From sequence record NC_020079.1: a stretch of 64,000 bases of DNA. One strand, written 5' to 3'. Source of the DNA: Escherichia phage phAPEC8. A program made the position numbers and the translations under genes. The notes below the pieces were generated by a model. It ran no database searches. It was not told where the DNA came from and saw only the letters and a list, made by a program, of their open reading frames with translations. Positions 37,132-47,940 of the stretch are shown piece by piece (positions within the stretch are counted from its first letter, which is position 1; the number at the start of each line of letters is the position of its first letter).

Positions 37132-37973
37132 TACCTCTCCTTATTAAGTAATACTGCTAAAGACTGTTCAATACCTTTATTTAAATCTGATTTTGTAAGA
37201 TAGTGACTGGTTACTAGTTGTGACTTCATCGGACGTGCTGCTGGAGCATTATAGGTTGAAGCTGATACCGCCGATATCTTAACAGGTTCTGGCATCTGTG
37301 TCAAGATCTTTTCCGCAAACTCCGCCCAAGAAATAAGATGGCTTCCTGCAAAATGGTAAGTCTTAACAGACCTTGACCAACCTGTTCTTAATACTTCAAA
37401 AATAGCTTCTGCTAAATCTGGAGCATATGTTGGACAAGAGAACTGATCAGCAACAATAATAAAATCACGTTGTCCATCATTATAGCGAGACAACATGGTT
37501 TTTAGAAAGTTATTTCCAAATTCGCTATATACCGAGGCTGTTCGAATAATATATGCATTTGGGTTAACTCCTCGCACCATTTTTTCACCAAGTTCTTTCG
37601 TATACCCATAATTGTTTATTGGGTTAGGTGTAGTATCTTCAAAAATAGGATGAGAATAATTAAAAATATAGTCTGTAGAAATATGCACAAAATCAATTTT
37701 AAGTTTGCTGCACACTGCCGCAATATTTGCAGGTCCATACGCATTAACAGCCAAAGCAGTAGCAAAATCATGTTCTGCTTTATCTACAGCCGTATAAGCG
37801 GCGCAATTAATAACACCATCTACATAATCTTCAATAATAGCGTTTCGCACAGCTTCAAAATTTGTAATATCTACACGTTCTTTAGGATAAATTAAAGATA
37901 CATTTGAAGGAGCCACTTTACGTAAAGCTTGTCCCAGTTGTCCATTACCGCCCAATACCAGATATGTTAGCAT
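37131..37973 (-). CDS. rmlD: dTDP-4-dehydrorhamnose reductase
   Basis: N-terminal GGNGQLG Rossmann motif; size and operon context. Confidence 0.8.
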   Translation of the reverse strand: MLTYLVLGGNGQLGQALRKVAPSNVSLIYPKERVDITNFEAVRNAIIEDYVDGVINCAAYTAVDKAEHDFATALAVNAYGPANIAAVCSKLKIDFVHISTDYIFNYSHPIFEDTTPNPINNYGYTKELGEKMVRGVNPNAYIIRTASVYSEFGNNFLKTMLSRYNDGQRDFIIVADQFSCPTYAPDLAEAIFEVLRTGWSRSVKTYHFAGSHLISWAEFAEKILTQMPEPVKISAVSASTYNAPAARPMKSQLVTSHYLTKSDLNKGIEQSLAVLLNKER

Positions 37974-38533
37974 ACACCCTCGCTACGTAACTGTTGAAAA
38001 GATTTAGCCATTGCATCTTTTGTTGATAGAATAGGTTTAAAACCTTCGTCAAAAATCATATCGAAGCCCCAATCGATCCCTATATCAGGATCATCCCAAC
38101 GTAAACTTTGTTCACTAGAAGGGTCGTATGGAGTTGTGCATTTGTATTCAAAGATAGCATCCATACTCAAAACTATAAAACCATGAGCCAAACCAGGCGG
38201 AAGCCAAAACTGCGTATGGTGTCGTGCACGAAGAACAACACCGTCCCAAGCACCGTAAGTTGGACTATCTTTACGTAAATCTACAGCGAAATCCAATACT
38301 TCCCCACTTACACAACGAACTAGCTTACCTTGCGGGTTATTTGTTTGAAAGTGCATTCCTCGCAAAACACCGAAGTTTGATTTAGACATGTTATCTTGAA
38401 CGAAAGTTTGTCTACCAATAATATCTTCGTATTTTTGTTCATTATATGTTTCTAGAAAGAAACCACGATCATCTTTATAAACGTCTGGTTTGATAATTAC
38501 CGCACCTTCAATTTTTGTTTTTTCTACTTTCAT
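37967..38533 (-). CDS. rmlC: dTDP-4-dehydrorhamnose 3,5-epimerase
   Basis: [35 protein letters not shown]; start at internal ATG. Confidence 0.9.
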   Translation of the reverse strand: MKVEKTKIEGAVIIKPDVYKDDRGFFLETYNEQKYEDIIGRQTFVQDNMSKSNFGVLRGMHFQTNNPQGKLVRCVSGEVLDFAVDLRKDSPTYGAWDGVVLRARHHTQFWLPPGLAHGFIVLSMDAIFEYKCTTPYDPSSEQSLRWDDPDIGIDWGFDMIFDEGFKPILSTKDAMAKSFQQLRSEGVC

Positions 38534-39408
38534 TTTCTCTCCGCTAATTTGAGTAGGTATTGCCCGTACTCTGTTTTCTTCAGTGAGTTTCCATGATACA
38601 CCAAAGTCTCTAAAGAAATCCACCCTTTTTTGAAAGCAATTTCTTCCAAGCACGCAATCTTCAATCCTTGACAGTTCTCAATAGTCTGCACGAATTGACC
38701 AGCTTCCATCAGACTGGCGTGTGTTCCTGTGTCAAGCCAAGTAAATCCTCGTCCGAGAACTTCCACTTGTAACTTCCTGTCTTCTAGGTAGCTGCGATTG
38801 ATATCAGTGATCTCCAGTTCTCCACGCGCGGAAGGGGTTACTTCTAATGCACGTTGAATAACAGAGTTATCATAGAAATACAAACCTGTGACAGCATAAT
38901 CTGATTTAGGATTTTCAGGTTTCTCTTCAATAGAAATAGCTTGACGATTACTCCCAAATTCAACCACACCGAATCGTTCAGGATCTTTCACCAAATACCC
39001 GAAAATACAAGCTCCGCCCCAAACATCTACCATCTCACTGGCGTTAATCAGTAGTTTACCAAAGCTTTGTCCGAAGAATAGGTTGTCACCTAAAATAAGA
39101 GCAACAGAGTCTTCTCCGATAAAATCTTTACCTATGATGAAAGCTTCCGCAAGACCTCGTGGCTCGGATTGGATTGCGTAAGTGAGTTTTATCCCAAACA
39201 TAGACCCATCTCCGAGAAGATACTCAAAGTCTTCCTGATCACCTGGTGTGGTGATGATTAAAATATCCTTAATGTCAGCCAACATCAATACCGATAAAGG
39301 GTAGTAGATCATGGGTTTGTCATACACAGGGAGCAATTGCTTGCTCACACTGCGTGTTACCGGATGAAGGCGGGTTCCACTTCCTCCCGCCAAAATAATA
39401 CCTTTCAT
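38530..39408 (-). CDS. rmlA: glucose-1-phosphate thymidylyltransferase
   Basis: [18 protein letters not shown]. Confidence 0.9.
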   Translation of the reverse strand: MKGIILAGGSGTRLHPVTRSVSKQLLPVYDKPMIYYPLSVLMLADIKDILIITTPGDQEDFEYLLGDGSMFGIKLTYAIQSEPRGLAEAFIIGKDFIGEDSVALILGDNLFFGQSFGKLLINASEMVDVWGGACIFGYLVKDPERFGVVEFGSNRQAISIEEKPENPKSDYAVTGLYFYDNSVIQRALEVTPSARGELEITDINRSYLEDRKLQVEVLGRGFTWLDTGTHASLMEAGQFVQTIENCQGLKIACLEEIAFKKGWISLETLVYHGNSLKKTEYGQYLLKLAERK

Positions 39409-39416
39409 AACCCTCC

Positions 39417-40409
39417 TTAAATTTTCTCACTCCACCATTGAGGGTTGTTTAAGTACCATTCAATCGTTGAGTAGAGATCTTGTTCAAATGTAGAGTTTGC
39501 ACTCCAGCCCAGTTCAGACTCTATCTTAGAAGGATTGATTTCATAACGCAAGTCATGTCCTTTACGATCTTCAACAAAAGTTATCAAGTTGGAAGAAGGG
39601 TAGGTTACTGCTTCTGGATGTACAGTATCCATATAGTCACAAACCATATAGATGATCTCCATATTGGTTTTGGGATTACGTGTTCCAACATTATACGTTT
39701 GACCTGGTTCTCCACCTGTTGCCACTTGAAGAATAGCTCGCGCATGATCCTCAACAAAAAGCCAGTCTCGCACCTGGTCGCCTTTACCATACACCGGAAT
39801 CTCTTTATTCGTCAAGATACTTGTGATGATTTTTGGGATCAGCTTTTCTGGATGTTGATAAGGCCCAAAGTTATTGGAGCAGTTGGTTATCACAACAGGC
39901 AAATCGTAGGTGCGGTGCCAAGCTTTCACAAGATGGTCAGATGCTGCCTTAGACGCACTGTACGGGCTTGAAGGGGCATAAGCTGTCTCTTCGGTAAAGG
40001 GAACGCCAGAGTCTGCCATATCGCCGTACACTTCGTCTGTGGAGACGTGTACGAACATCTTCAGTTTATTTTTTGGGAGGAGCCTTGCAGCTTCCAATAA
40101 ATTGTATGTACCGATAATATTGGAGTCGATGAAAACTCGTGGATTCTTGATAGAATTATCCACATGACTTTCTGCCGCTAAGTGAATGATGAAGTCAGGA
40201 TTGCACTCTACTACTAAACTTTTGACCTGGGTTTCGTTTGCCAAATCTGTCATGCTTAGTTTAACGTGAGTGATATCGCCTACATTCTCAATATCTGCTG
40301 CATAGCCCATCTTATCAACGACAAAAACTTCGTTATTAGGATCTTGACAAAGAGAGCGCACCACGGCACTCCCAATAAAACCAAGACCACCTGTTACCAG
40401 ATAGCGCAT
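39417..40409 (-). CDS. rmlB: dTDP-glucose 4,6-dehydratase
   Basis: [16 protein letters not shown]; extended SDR fold. Confidence 0.9.
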   Translation of the reverse strand: MRYLVTGGLGFIGSAVVRSLCQDPNNEVFVVDKMGYAADIENVGDITHVKLSMTDLANETQVKSLVVECNPDFIIHLAAESHVDNSIKNPRVFIDSNIIGTYNLLEAARLLPKNKLKMFVHVSTDEVYGDMADSGVPFTEETAYAPSSPYSASKAASDHLVKAWHRTYDLPVVITNCSNNFGPYQHPEKLIPKIITSILTNKEIPVYGKGDQVRDWLFVEDHARAILQVATGGEPGQTYNVGTRNPKTNMEIIYMVCDYMDTVHPEAVTYPSSNLITFVEDRKGHDLRYEINPSKIESELGWSANSTFEQDLYSTIEWYLNNPQWWSEKI

Positions 40410-40418
40410 CAGTTCTCC

Positions 40419-40745
40419 TTACCAGACATGTTGAGAAATAATAGTTTCCGTTTTAATGTTATATTTTTCAAGTAGCTTTGCATAGGCTTCTTTTGCATTC
40501 TCATTCAATTGCTCAAGATCTACAGCTATGCTTCCCTCTCCGCCTTCTAAATCAAGGCCATATATGCAATAAGACTCATCCGCATCGTAGAAAGGAGAGA
40601 TGCGGCTTAAGTCCAGACCTTCTTGTAAGAACCAGTTAAAATCTCCATCAAATTCTTCTTCAATTCTAGGATCTTCTCCTACAGCCTCTTCCCATTTATT
40701 AAAAGGTGCACCCTGTAACATACGCCATTCAATATCAATACCCAT
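40419..40745 (-). CDS. hypothetical acidic protein
   Basis: ORF tiling. Confidence 0.5.
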   Translation of the reverse strand: MGIDIEWRMLQGAPFNKWEEAVGEDPRIEEEFDGDFNWFLQEGLDLSRISPFYDADESYCIYGLDLEGGEGSIAVDLEQLNENAKEAYAKLLEKYNIKTETIISQHVW

Positions 40746-40899
40746 TTTTCATCTCCTCCTCTTCTTGAGCAGCTTTAATAATTGCTTCATAAATATCGTA
40801 AGCAATGCCTCCACAACATCTAGCTTCGAAAGCTATTGCTTCTGCAATGTGATCTGTTAATTCTCGTGGAATACGGACATACTCTTTTTCATTCTCCAT
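40735..40899 (-). CDS. hypothetical small protein
   Basis: ORF; start set at internal ATG. Confidence 0.4.
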   Translation of the reverse strand: MENEKEYVRIPRELTDHIAEAIAFEARCCGGIAYDIYEAIIKAAQEEEEMKNGY

Positions 40900-41035
40900 C
40901 TTCCACCTCTTCTTTTTCAAAGACTACTACTCGTCCCTCACCATGACAATTCAGGCAAGGAAATGTTACCATAATTTCCACTTCCATCTGTCCAGTCCCA
41001 CCGCACACAGGACAAAAAATAAGTTTTTCAGCCAT
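40889..41035 (-). CDS. small zinc-ribbon protein (48 aa)
   Basis: ATG ORF below cutoff; CPVCGG ... CLNCHG; TAATG coupling. Confidence 0.4.
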   Translation of the reverse strand: MAEKLIFCPVCGGTGQMEVEIMVTFPCLNCHGEGRVVVFEKEEVEDGE

Positions 41036-41244
41036 TATTCCTCCTTAATTATTTCAAACTTGGCAACACCATTTACAATAATATGACCACAAGACATAAC
41101 TCCTAGCCAAGGATCGCCGTTTTTCTTCAGGCGTTTACCGAATACATCACAAAAACCATTCTTCATTTCGGAGGCTTCATAAGAAGCCCCTTTATCAAAA
41201 ACGTCTTTGAATGTGTCGATTATACCAACACATCTCAAAATCAT
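41035..41244 (-). CDS. hypothetical small protein
   Basis: ORF tiling. Confidence 0.45.
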   Translation of the reverse strand: MILRCVGIIDTFKDVFDKGASYEASEMKNGFCDVFGKRLKKNGDPWLGVMSCGHIIVNGVAKFEIIKEE

Positions 41245-42329
41245 TAGAAGTCAAGCTCCTCATCATCAGAGAGATCTTTGTTAGCTGAATTCAATTTGTA
41301 ATTAGTTAACTGAATCTCTTGGGCTGCTGACTGAATCAAATCAGGATTCAACCATTTTTCCATCCAAGCTAAAGGACTATGTTTAGGTGCTTTAAACTTG
41401 GCTTTCATTTTCAATCGACGATAAATAGGAGCAGCATTGAAATAAACCCACTGTTTAGACAATTCGGCGTTAAGACCTACAATAAAACGACCTTCACTAA
41501 ACAGGTAGTCACACCACTGTTCCTCTTGTTCAACAACAGTGTCGAGGATCAAAGTCAACTCTTCAATATTGTCTTCGTAAATTTTACGCCAAATTGGGTC
41601 ATGCATCAATGCATCAATTACAGCATAATCCATCTTAACATGCAAGATTTCATCTAGCATAATTTTCTGGATCAGTTTACAAGCCCCAACAAACAGTTGT
41701 TGTTCTGCCATAGCAAAAGTAGCAGAGAAGGAAGATATAAACTGAATACCTTCTAATCCAATCAGGGCTACCATCCCTTTAAGAATCAACAATCGAAGTT
41801 CATCGTTAGCTTCAATCAATCCTAGAGCATACTTATGACCAGCTTCTTCCAACTGACCCATGATATCAGCAATGATACCCATACGATTGAAAATTTTATC
41901 ATTAACCATAATCTGATTGATGACTTCAATTGGATCTGGAGTACATTGGCGGATTATTTCAGAATACGTTAACGCATGGAGAACTTCCATTTCACTCTGC
42001 TTCATCATCATAGCACAGGCTTCATTGTTACTCAAGAATGGAGAGAACAAAGTGATGATTGATTTTGCAAGAGAATCATTTTCCCATTGGAACGATAAGT
42101 TTTTAATCATAACGTCATAGTTGTTTTTAGAACAAGCTACGAAATCTTTACGTGTCTGATCCAGATTAACTTCGTTTTCATCCCAATCTTGTGCTTTTTG
42201 AAGTTTGTAGAGTTTGTGCATTTCTGGATAAGTTACGTTAACAGAATCAAAGATCCCTAATTGCTCCCCCAAAAATACTGGATATTTCCCTGTCTTGTAA
42301 ACTTCGTTGTGTAAATTAATTGCTGCCAT
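41244..42329 (-). CDS. nrdB: ribonucleotide reductase class Ia small subunit
   Basis: two E..H iron-ligand motifs (EVLH, EILH); size and adjacency to nrdA. Confidence 0.85.
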   Translation of the reverse strand: MAAINLHNEVYKTGKYPVFLGEQLGIFDSVNVTYPEMHKLYKLQKAQDWDENEVNLDQTRKDFVACSKNNYDVMIKNLSFQWENDSLAKSIITLFSPFLSNNEACAMMMKQSEMEVLHALTYSEIIRQCTPDPIEVINQIMVNDKIFNRMGIIADIMGQLEEAGHKYALGLIEANDELRLLILKGMVALIGLEGIQFISSFSATFAMAEQQLFVGACKLIQKIMLDEILHVKMDYAVIDALMHDPIWRKIYEDNIEELTLILDTVVEQEEQWCDYLFSEGRFIVGLNAELSKQWVYFNAAPIYRRLKMKAKFKAPKHSPLAWMEKWLNPDLIQSAAQEIQLTNYKLNSANKDLSDDEELDF

Positions 42330-42654
42330 TTAAATCCTCCACTATTTCACAAAAACCTCTTAAGCTTAAAATATCTTCTTCCTCAAAATCATTGCTCCGG
42401 TAGAAAGCTTCCAGTGCTTCCCATACGCTTCTACCAAGTATAACAGTCACTGTTTCTTCACTTCTTGCCCTTATTATTGCGTAAGCCGTGGCTTCTGGAT
42501 AAAAAGATTCCCAAATCTGCATGTTAGCTATTTCAAGACCGCCAAGATAATGGTGACACCAAGTAGGGGTAAAATCTTCAGGGCGAATCAACAGAGGCTT
42601 AAACCCAGGTCGGTAGATTGGGGTTACTCCAGGTAAAACTATAAGTGTGCTCAT
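42316..42654 (-). CDS. hypothetical protein
   Basis: start at internal ATG after cUUCGg terminator and SD GAGGAGG. Confidence 0.45.
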   Translation of the reverse strand: MSTLIVLPGVTPIYRPGFKPLLIRPEDFTPTWCHHYLGGLEIANMQIWESFYPEATAYAIIRARSEETVTVILGRSVWEALEAFYRSNDFEEEDILSLRGFCEIVEDLNGSN

Positions 42655-42694
42655 AATCCTCCTCAATAAAAAGGGGCTGAAGCCCCTAGTTTCA

Positions 42695-44935
42695 TCACAT
42701 TTTGCAAGCTTCACAACCACCATCAGAATCTTCTTGTGCTAAAGAGTCTGCTGATTTTGTTCTACTGTTAAGGTAATACAATGACTTGCCACCAAGTCTA
42801 GCAAAATTCAGAATAAACTGCATCTCAGCTTTCACTGATAAACGTCCACCTACCAATTTAGAATAATCTAGCCAAGAATCACAAGAAATTCCTTGGTCCG
42901 TAAACTTGGTAAAGATACCATACATTTCTGCAAGATCTTTAGCCGGAGTGTCCCAGGCAGACTGGTAGAACATTTTCAGTTTTTCATAGTCTGGAACAAT
43001 AAATAATACACTACCTTTCTGACTTTGTTTATACATAATAGTATCACGAACAGGATACAGAGAGTTAGTAGTATTGCTTACCAAACTGCTGGACTCATTA
43101 GGTGCAATAGCAGCCAAGACACTGTTACGGATACCACCTTGTTCAATGATTTCAGCACGTAAGCCTTCCCAGTCCATTTTAAGATCAAAATTACCGATAC
43201 TATCTACTGTTTTAGCATAAGTGTCAATTGGTAGCCAACCTTGAGGCCATTTGGTCTTATCGATCCATTCTGCATTACCTTTTTCCTTAGCCAGACGCAG
43301 AGAGGCTTTTGCCAACCAAAAGTAATGACGTTCTGCAAGTTCATGCATTAATTTTTTAGCATAAGCGTCTGAATAATTTACAAAATTACTTGCCAAATAA
43401 TGCGCTAAGTTTGTAATGCCTACACCAATAGATCTACGTGCTTTAGCAGTTATTTCGTTATGTTTAAATGGATAATCCATTGTTTCAATAACGTTGTCAA
43501 TTGTCAATACAGTGTAGTATGCAACATCCTCATATTCTTCAGGTAAGACACGACCAGCAACAATAGAAGATAAGAAGCATAAAGCCAATTCTTGATTTTC
43601 TGTATTCTCACCAGTAAAGAGATCCGGCATACTGTGGAAAGCTTTAGTTGGTAAGAAGATCTCTTGACACAGGTTTGATTGATACACCGTATCCAGGAAA
43701 GGTGTATGGTTGTTAACGTTGTCAGCAAAGAACATGTAAATACGTCCTGTTTCTGCACGTTGAACAATAATCTCTGTCAGAAGATCACGAGCCTTAACAA
43801 ATTTTTTCTTAATGCGACGACGGCTTACTTTGTCATAAACTGCATCAAACTCTTCTTCACTTTTATACAAAGCTTCATAAAGTTCAGGAGCATCATCACA
43901 ACTAACTAACATCCAATCTTCGTTTTTTGCTGCTCGACGCAAGAACGAACGGTTAACAACAATAGAATAATCCAGTTTGTCTACTCGTTTATCTATAGGT
44001 GTTGTTGGATTCTTCAGTCGAATCAGATCGTCGAAGTCTGGTTCAAGTATGGTAAAGGTAACTGTAGCACTACCTCCACGGCTTGCTTGCTTCGAAGCTC
44101 CAACACTATCTTCCATCCATTTCAGATACGGAAGAAGACCACCATGAATAATACGATTATTCTTAACACCTTGACCTGTGGCACGAGTTTGAAGATTAAC
44201 ACCAATACCTGCGTTATTCAACGTATACTCATGAGCTAAGTAATTAGCAATGGCTAAAGACTCTGCCGTATCGTCTGCACGGAACAAACAACAAGACGCA
44301 CTTCCTTTGATTGGAGTTCGTAGAGTTGTCAGATACGGCGATGGCAGATTAATCTTAAGATCGCTAACATAAGTATAAAGTTTTTTAATATCTTCTATAC
44401 GGCGTTCTTTTGGTTGGATCTCCATAACCTTCATTGCGATACCAATGAAAAGAAACTGTGGAGACTCATGCACCACATCGTTTACTGCATCTCGAATAAG
44501 ATATTTATCTACCATCTGACGTAAAACAGAATAACCATAAGTTAGATTTTTATTATGCTTTACAATCTTACCGATTTCTTTGATCTCTTCATCAGTATAA
44601 TCCATTTTAGCCCAATGTCCACGTTCTACCATATCATGATAAAAGGTATTCAGTGAAGGGATACTGTGGTATCCCCCATGAGCCTGTTTGTAAATCATAC
44701 CCAGAAGAAGTCTTCCTGCCATATCACTGTAAGCTTGTGTTTTCTTGTCAATACACGCTGCAATCATTGCTTTATGCAGATCACGTGTAGACACACCGTC
44801 ATAACACCGCTTCACAGCTTCTAATTCAATTTCAGACCAGTTTAGTTTACCTGCTGCAAATTCAGACCACTTGCGAAGTTTTTCTGGATTAAACTCCTCT
44901 GTCTTACCGTTAGATTTAGTTACAAAACGAATCAA
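42695..44935 (-). CDS. nrdA: ribonucleotide reductase class Ia large subunit
   Basis: 746 aa with N-terminal ATP-cone; C-terminal Cys pair. Confidence 0.9.
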   Translation of the reverse strand: MIRFVTKSNGKTEEFNPEKLRKWSEFAAGKLNWSEIELEAVKRCYDGVSTRDLHKAMIAACIDKKTQAYSDMAGRLLLGMIYKQAHGGYHSIPSLNTFYHDMVERGHWAKMDYTDEEIKEIGKIVKHNKNLTYGYSVLRQMVDKYLIRDAVNDVVHESPQFLFIGIAMKVMEIQPKERRIEDIKKLYTYVSDLKINLPSPYLTTLRTPIKGSASCCLFRADDTAESLAIANYLAHEYTLNNAGIGVNLQTRATGQGVKNNRIIHGGLLPYLKWMEDSVGASKQASRGGSATVTFTILEPDFDDLIRLKNPTTPIDKRVDKLDYSIVVNRSFLRRAAKNEDWMLVSCDDAPELYEALYKSEEEFDAVYDKVSRRRIKKKFVKARDLLTEIIVQRAETGRIYMFFADNVNNHTPFLDTVYQSNLCQEIFLPTKAFHSMPDLFTGENTENQELALCFLSSIVAGRVLPEEYEDVAYYTVLTIDNVIETMDYPFKHNEITAKARRSIGVGITNLAHYLASNFVNYSDAYAKKLMHELAERHYFWLAKASLRLAKEKGNAEWIDKTKWPQGWLPIDTYAKTVDSIGNFDLKMDWEGLRAEIIEQGGIRNSVLAAIAPNESSSLVSNTTNSLYPVRDTIMYKQSQKGSVLFIVPDYEKLKMFYQSAWDTPAKDLAEMYGIFTKFTDQGISCDSWLDYSKLVGGRLSVKAEMQFILNFARLGGKSLYYLNSRTKSADSLAQEDSDGGCEACKM

Positions 44936-44951
44936 CTTCTCCTCCCTATTA

Positions 44952-45206
44952 TTAATGCATATTCAAAACATCTACATCATAACCGAACTTCATTTCATTA
45001 AAAAGTCCATTAGCATATAGAAAACCTTCAAAATGAGTTATGTCATCAAACCCTTTTGCTTTTGCTCGACGGTCTGCTTCTTGTCTTTTAGGAGATAAAC
45101 GTTTTGAAGTGTCTAGAATTACAGTTACATTACAACCAACAGTTTCATCAAAATAGACTTCGATTTCACAGCCTTCATATTTATTATCAGTCATTGTCCC
45201 TCTCAT
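44952..45206 (-). CDS. hypothetical small protein
   Basis: ORF tiling. Confidence 0.45.
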   Translation of the reverse strand: MRGTMTDNKYEGCEIEVYFDETVGCNVTVILDTSKRLSPKRQEADRRAKAKGFDDITHFEGFLYANGLFNEMKFGYDVDVLNMH

Positions 45207-45613
45207 TGATTAGTATCATCTGCTTTCGCAGGATCATAAGAGTTACCGAAATCATCCATCTTAATATGTGACGCACCCCAACCTGTAAATTCTTCATCAC
45301 CAAAATGAAAAATATCATTTTCTTGATAGATTCGTTTAAAACCACAATTAGGTGAAACAGGGAAAGTGAAAAGCGTTGTATTTGAAAACACTACTCGCTT
45401 ATCGTTATTGCTTCGGATATTCACATTACGCTCAACAGAATAGTGTGAATCTTCAGCCATACCCAGCATTACAAGCGACGCTCTAATAACAGCATTTTGT
45501 TTCTCGTGTGGGATATTGCCATTGTGTTTATTTGATTCTAGTTTCCAGATAGGGGTAGACATTACAGTAGACATGCTTACGGTAGCCCAAGTTGTAGTAT
45601 TTACTAATGACAT
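45203..45613 (-). CDS. hypothetical protein
   Basis: start at internal ATG with SD GAAGGAGAA. Confidence 0.45.
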   Translation of the reverse strand: MSLVNTTTWATVSMSTVMSTPIWKLESNKHNGNIPHEKQNAVIRASLVMLGMAEDSHYSVERNVNIRSNNDKRVVFSNTTLFTFPVSPNCGFKRIYQENDIFHFGDEEFTGWGASHIKMDDFGNSYDPAKADDTNQ

Positions 45614-45664
45614 ATTTTCTCCTTCATTTTGAATGGGAGGACTCACCTCCTCCCAGTATTGTGC

Positions 45665-45697
45665 TATATTATACTAAAACTAATACTAAAGTCAATA
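45665..45697 (-). promoter_or_regulatory. sigma70-like promoter (TTGACT, TATAAT) on minus strand
   Basis: consensus hexamers read on reverse complement. Confidence 0.5.
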
Positions 45698-45711
45698 ACT
45701 ATTTAAACAGA

Positions 45712-46710
45712 TCACCATTTAGTATGATTTGTTAAAAGTTGACGATGTTGAATCCAGCCTTTGAAATTGCCAGACCAAAACTTACCATTACGATCTACAT
45801 GGGTAATACCTGGTTCCCAAGAGTTAAAATCCCAAGGAGCATTGATAAACAAATCTTCAAAACAGTTCTCTCCATATTGTTCGCATGTTTCTTGAATTGG
45901 AGTGGCTTGATGTTCAAACGGAGAAGCATGAACCTTGCGCCCAGTCAGCAAACGACCATAGATATCTAAAGCTTTATCTTTAGTTGCATTTAAACGACGA
46001 TAGCTAACCTGTGCACAACATGAAGCTGAAATAGCTTTGGCTTCTTCCAAAGTAAGCACAACAACTTCTCCAGATTCATCTTGAACGTAGTATCCACCAA
46101 AAACAAAATGATCGTCACCTTCTGTGCCAATATTATCGTAGAAATGGTCTACATAAGGTGTGTGCCATTGCCCTGGTTTCAGCACTTCTGGTGTAGATCC
46201 TTCATACTCTTTGTGCATCTCTTTAGCCAAAGCTTCGATAGTAGGATCGGCTTCTTTGTCATCACGTAGCCACCAGAAATTTTCATATTCTGTTGCTGTC
46301 AGAACTGTTTTAATTCGTTGGAAAGGTTCCAGAAGACGGTTTGCAACTTGTTTGTGGTACCCTGCCAAAGAGAATTCTTCTGCAAAACGTGCTGCACTAA
46401 GCGCGGCAAGATCCCACCACTCTTGAGCAGTATAACCTGCATCAATAAGAGCGTCATGATCAACACCTTTATCCTGCATACCAGGTTGGTTAGCCCCAAA
46501 ACGATAAGGACGAGCAGGTTGATTTCGCACCATTTCAATCAGTGTTTTAACAGGTATAGCACGGCTAGAAGCAGCATTACGACTGAACAGGCGGTGAGTC
46601 ATCAATTCTGAATGAATAATACGTGGATATTCTAGTTCAAAAGTTACAATCTCTTTTCCGTCTTCAGTGATGGAATGCGCAATAATACTAGCCGAAATCT
46701 GTTTTGTCAT
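45712..46710 (-). CDS. thyX: flavin-dependent thymidylate synthase-like (ThyX family)
   Basis: ThyX-type signature THRLFSRNAASSRA; 332 aa, longer than typical. Confidence 0.65.
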   Translation of the reverse strand: MTKQISASIIAHSITEDGKEIVTFELEYPRIIHSELMTHRLFSRNAASSRAIPVKTLIEMVRNQPARPYRFGANQPGMQDKGVDHDALIDAGYTAQEWWDLAALSAARFAEEFSLAGYHKQVANRLLEPFQRIKTVLTATEYENFWWLRDDKEADPTIEALAKEMHKEYEGSTPEVLKPGQWHTPYVDHFYDNIGTEGDDHFVFGGYYVQDESGEVVVLTLEEAKAISASCCAQVSYRRLNATKDKALDIYGRLLTGRKVHASPFEHQATPIQETCEQYGENCFEDLFINAPWDFNSWEPGITHVDRNGKFWSGNFKGWIQHRQLLTNHTKW

Positions 46711-46719
46711 TTTTTCTCC

Positions 46720-47328
46720 TTAGTTTTTAAAATTGTTCAAAGTGTTAAAAACATCCAAACATGTTAGCCACTGATCTTCTAAACCTGTGATCACAACATT
46801 TGGTTTTTTCTTTAGTTCTTCTAGATGGTTATCTTTATAAGGCGTATTAAAATATATTTTAACCACTTCATCTGGAAAATATAGTAGGTTATCAGACCTG
46901 TCATCTATTGCTATATCACAAGGCAATAAGTATTTTTCTTTCGTAGCAAAAAAGCCGTTACCAGATCCTTTGCTAAAATCAATCGTATCTAACGTTCTTA
47001 AAACATGCTTATGTTTAGAACTTAAGTGACCACCTTTTGTCACACTTGCGATCAAAAGATTGCTACCTTTCCTTGAAACATACTTTAAGAAATCTGGCAT
47101 ACCTGGAACAAAACCCATTGTATCATAGAGATGAGGATTATCCAGAAATCCGTAAGGATCTATATTGAACTCCTCCCTGAAACCAGGAAAGTAGTTGGTA
47201 AGATCATAGTCTGCATTTTTTGTGAATGTGTCTATCTTAACACCAAGTCCACTAATCTTATTCAACCATTCTAACCAAGCAACATCTAATGGAGCCACAA
47301 CTAAATCCCAATCACATACTATCTGCAT
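46720..47328 (-). CDS. HAD-superfamily 5'(3')-deoxyribonucleotidase-like
   Basis: N-terminal DWDLV (DxD motif I). Confidence 0.45.
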   Translation of the reverse strand: MQIVCDWDLVVAPLDVAWLEWLNKISGLGVKIDTFTKNADYDLTNYFPGFREEFNIDPYGFLDNPHLYDTMGFVPGMPDFLKYVSRKGSNLLIASVTKGGHLSSKHKHVLRTLDTIDFSKGSGNGFFATKEKYLLPCDIAIDDRSDNLLYFPDEVVKIYFNTPYKDNHLEELKKKPNVVITGLEDQWLTCLDVFNTLNNFKN

Positions 47329-47364
47329 AAAACCTCCTCTCTCTTTTAGTATAGTTATCTTATA

Positions 47365-47940
47365 CTAACTTTCAATTTCCTGCAATAGGATTTTGACTAT
47401 TTGTTTGCGGCGTTTCGCTACTGTGCTTTCAGGTTCTATTTTACGCTTCTTCAACCAAGCTTTATCTTTCTTAGCTCTACACAAAGCTATTGCTTCTTTT
47501 TCAGCTTTCGCTTCTTCAAAAGATATACCTTGTTTATCTGCATAAGCAAGAATAGAGTTGCACAATTTACAAACCATTCGCAAATCTTCTTCTTTCACAT
47601 AGATCAAACGGAAAACAAAAAGGGGAATATCCTCAAAACATTGAAGTTGTTTTGCTGCGTGAATATGATCCACTTGGAAGTCTTTCATTCCTCCTCTGTG
47701 TCCACATATTTCGCACTCACAATTCCAAACTTGTTTTGGTTTTCCAGTTTTCTTGTCTATCATCACATTGCCGTCTTTATCTACACGATCAACTTTAAAA
47801 CGCCTTGCATTGATAACCTTAATTTTATTAGGGTGTCTCATCCATGCTTTTCTAAAACATCCCCTAAGATAAGTATAAAATTCAGCTTGTGTTTTCCAGG
47901 GTGTTCCTTCACCCCACATTATTTTTGGTTCACCTGCCAA
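47365..47940 (-). CDS. HNH endonuclease
   Basis: CECEICGH ... DHIHA ... CKLCN. Confidence 0.6.
   Translation of the reverse strand: MAGEPKIMWGEGTPWKTQAEFYTYLRGCFRKAWMRHPNKIKVINARRFKVDRVDKDGNVMIDKKTGKPKQVWNCECEICGHRGGMKDFQVDHIHAAKQLQCFEDIPLFVFRLIYVKEEDLRMVCKLCNSILAYADKQGISFEEAKAEKEAIALCRAKKDKAWLKKRKIEPESTVAKRRKQIVKILLQEIES

Noticed and set aside
39480-39971. 163-aa plus-strand ORF
   Set aside because: Lies entirely antisense within rmlB, whose identity is well supported
43504-43909. Two ORFs (43504-43767 minus, 43679-43909 plus) inside nrdA
   Set aside because: Alternative-frame or antisense ORFs within a confidently assigned gene
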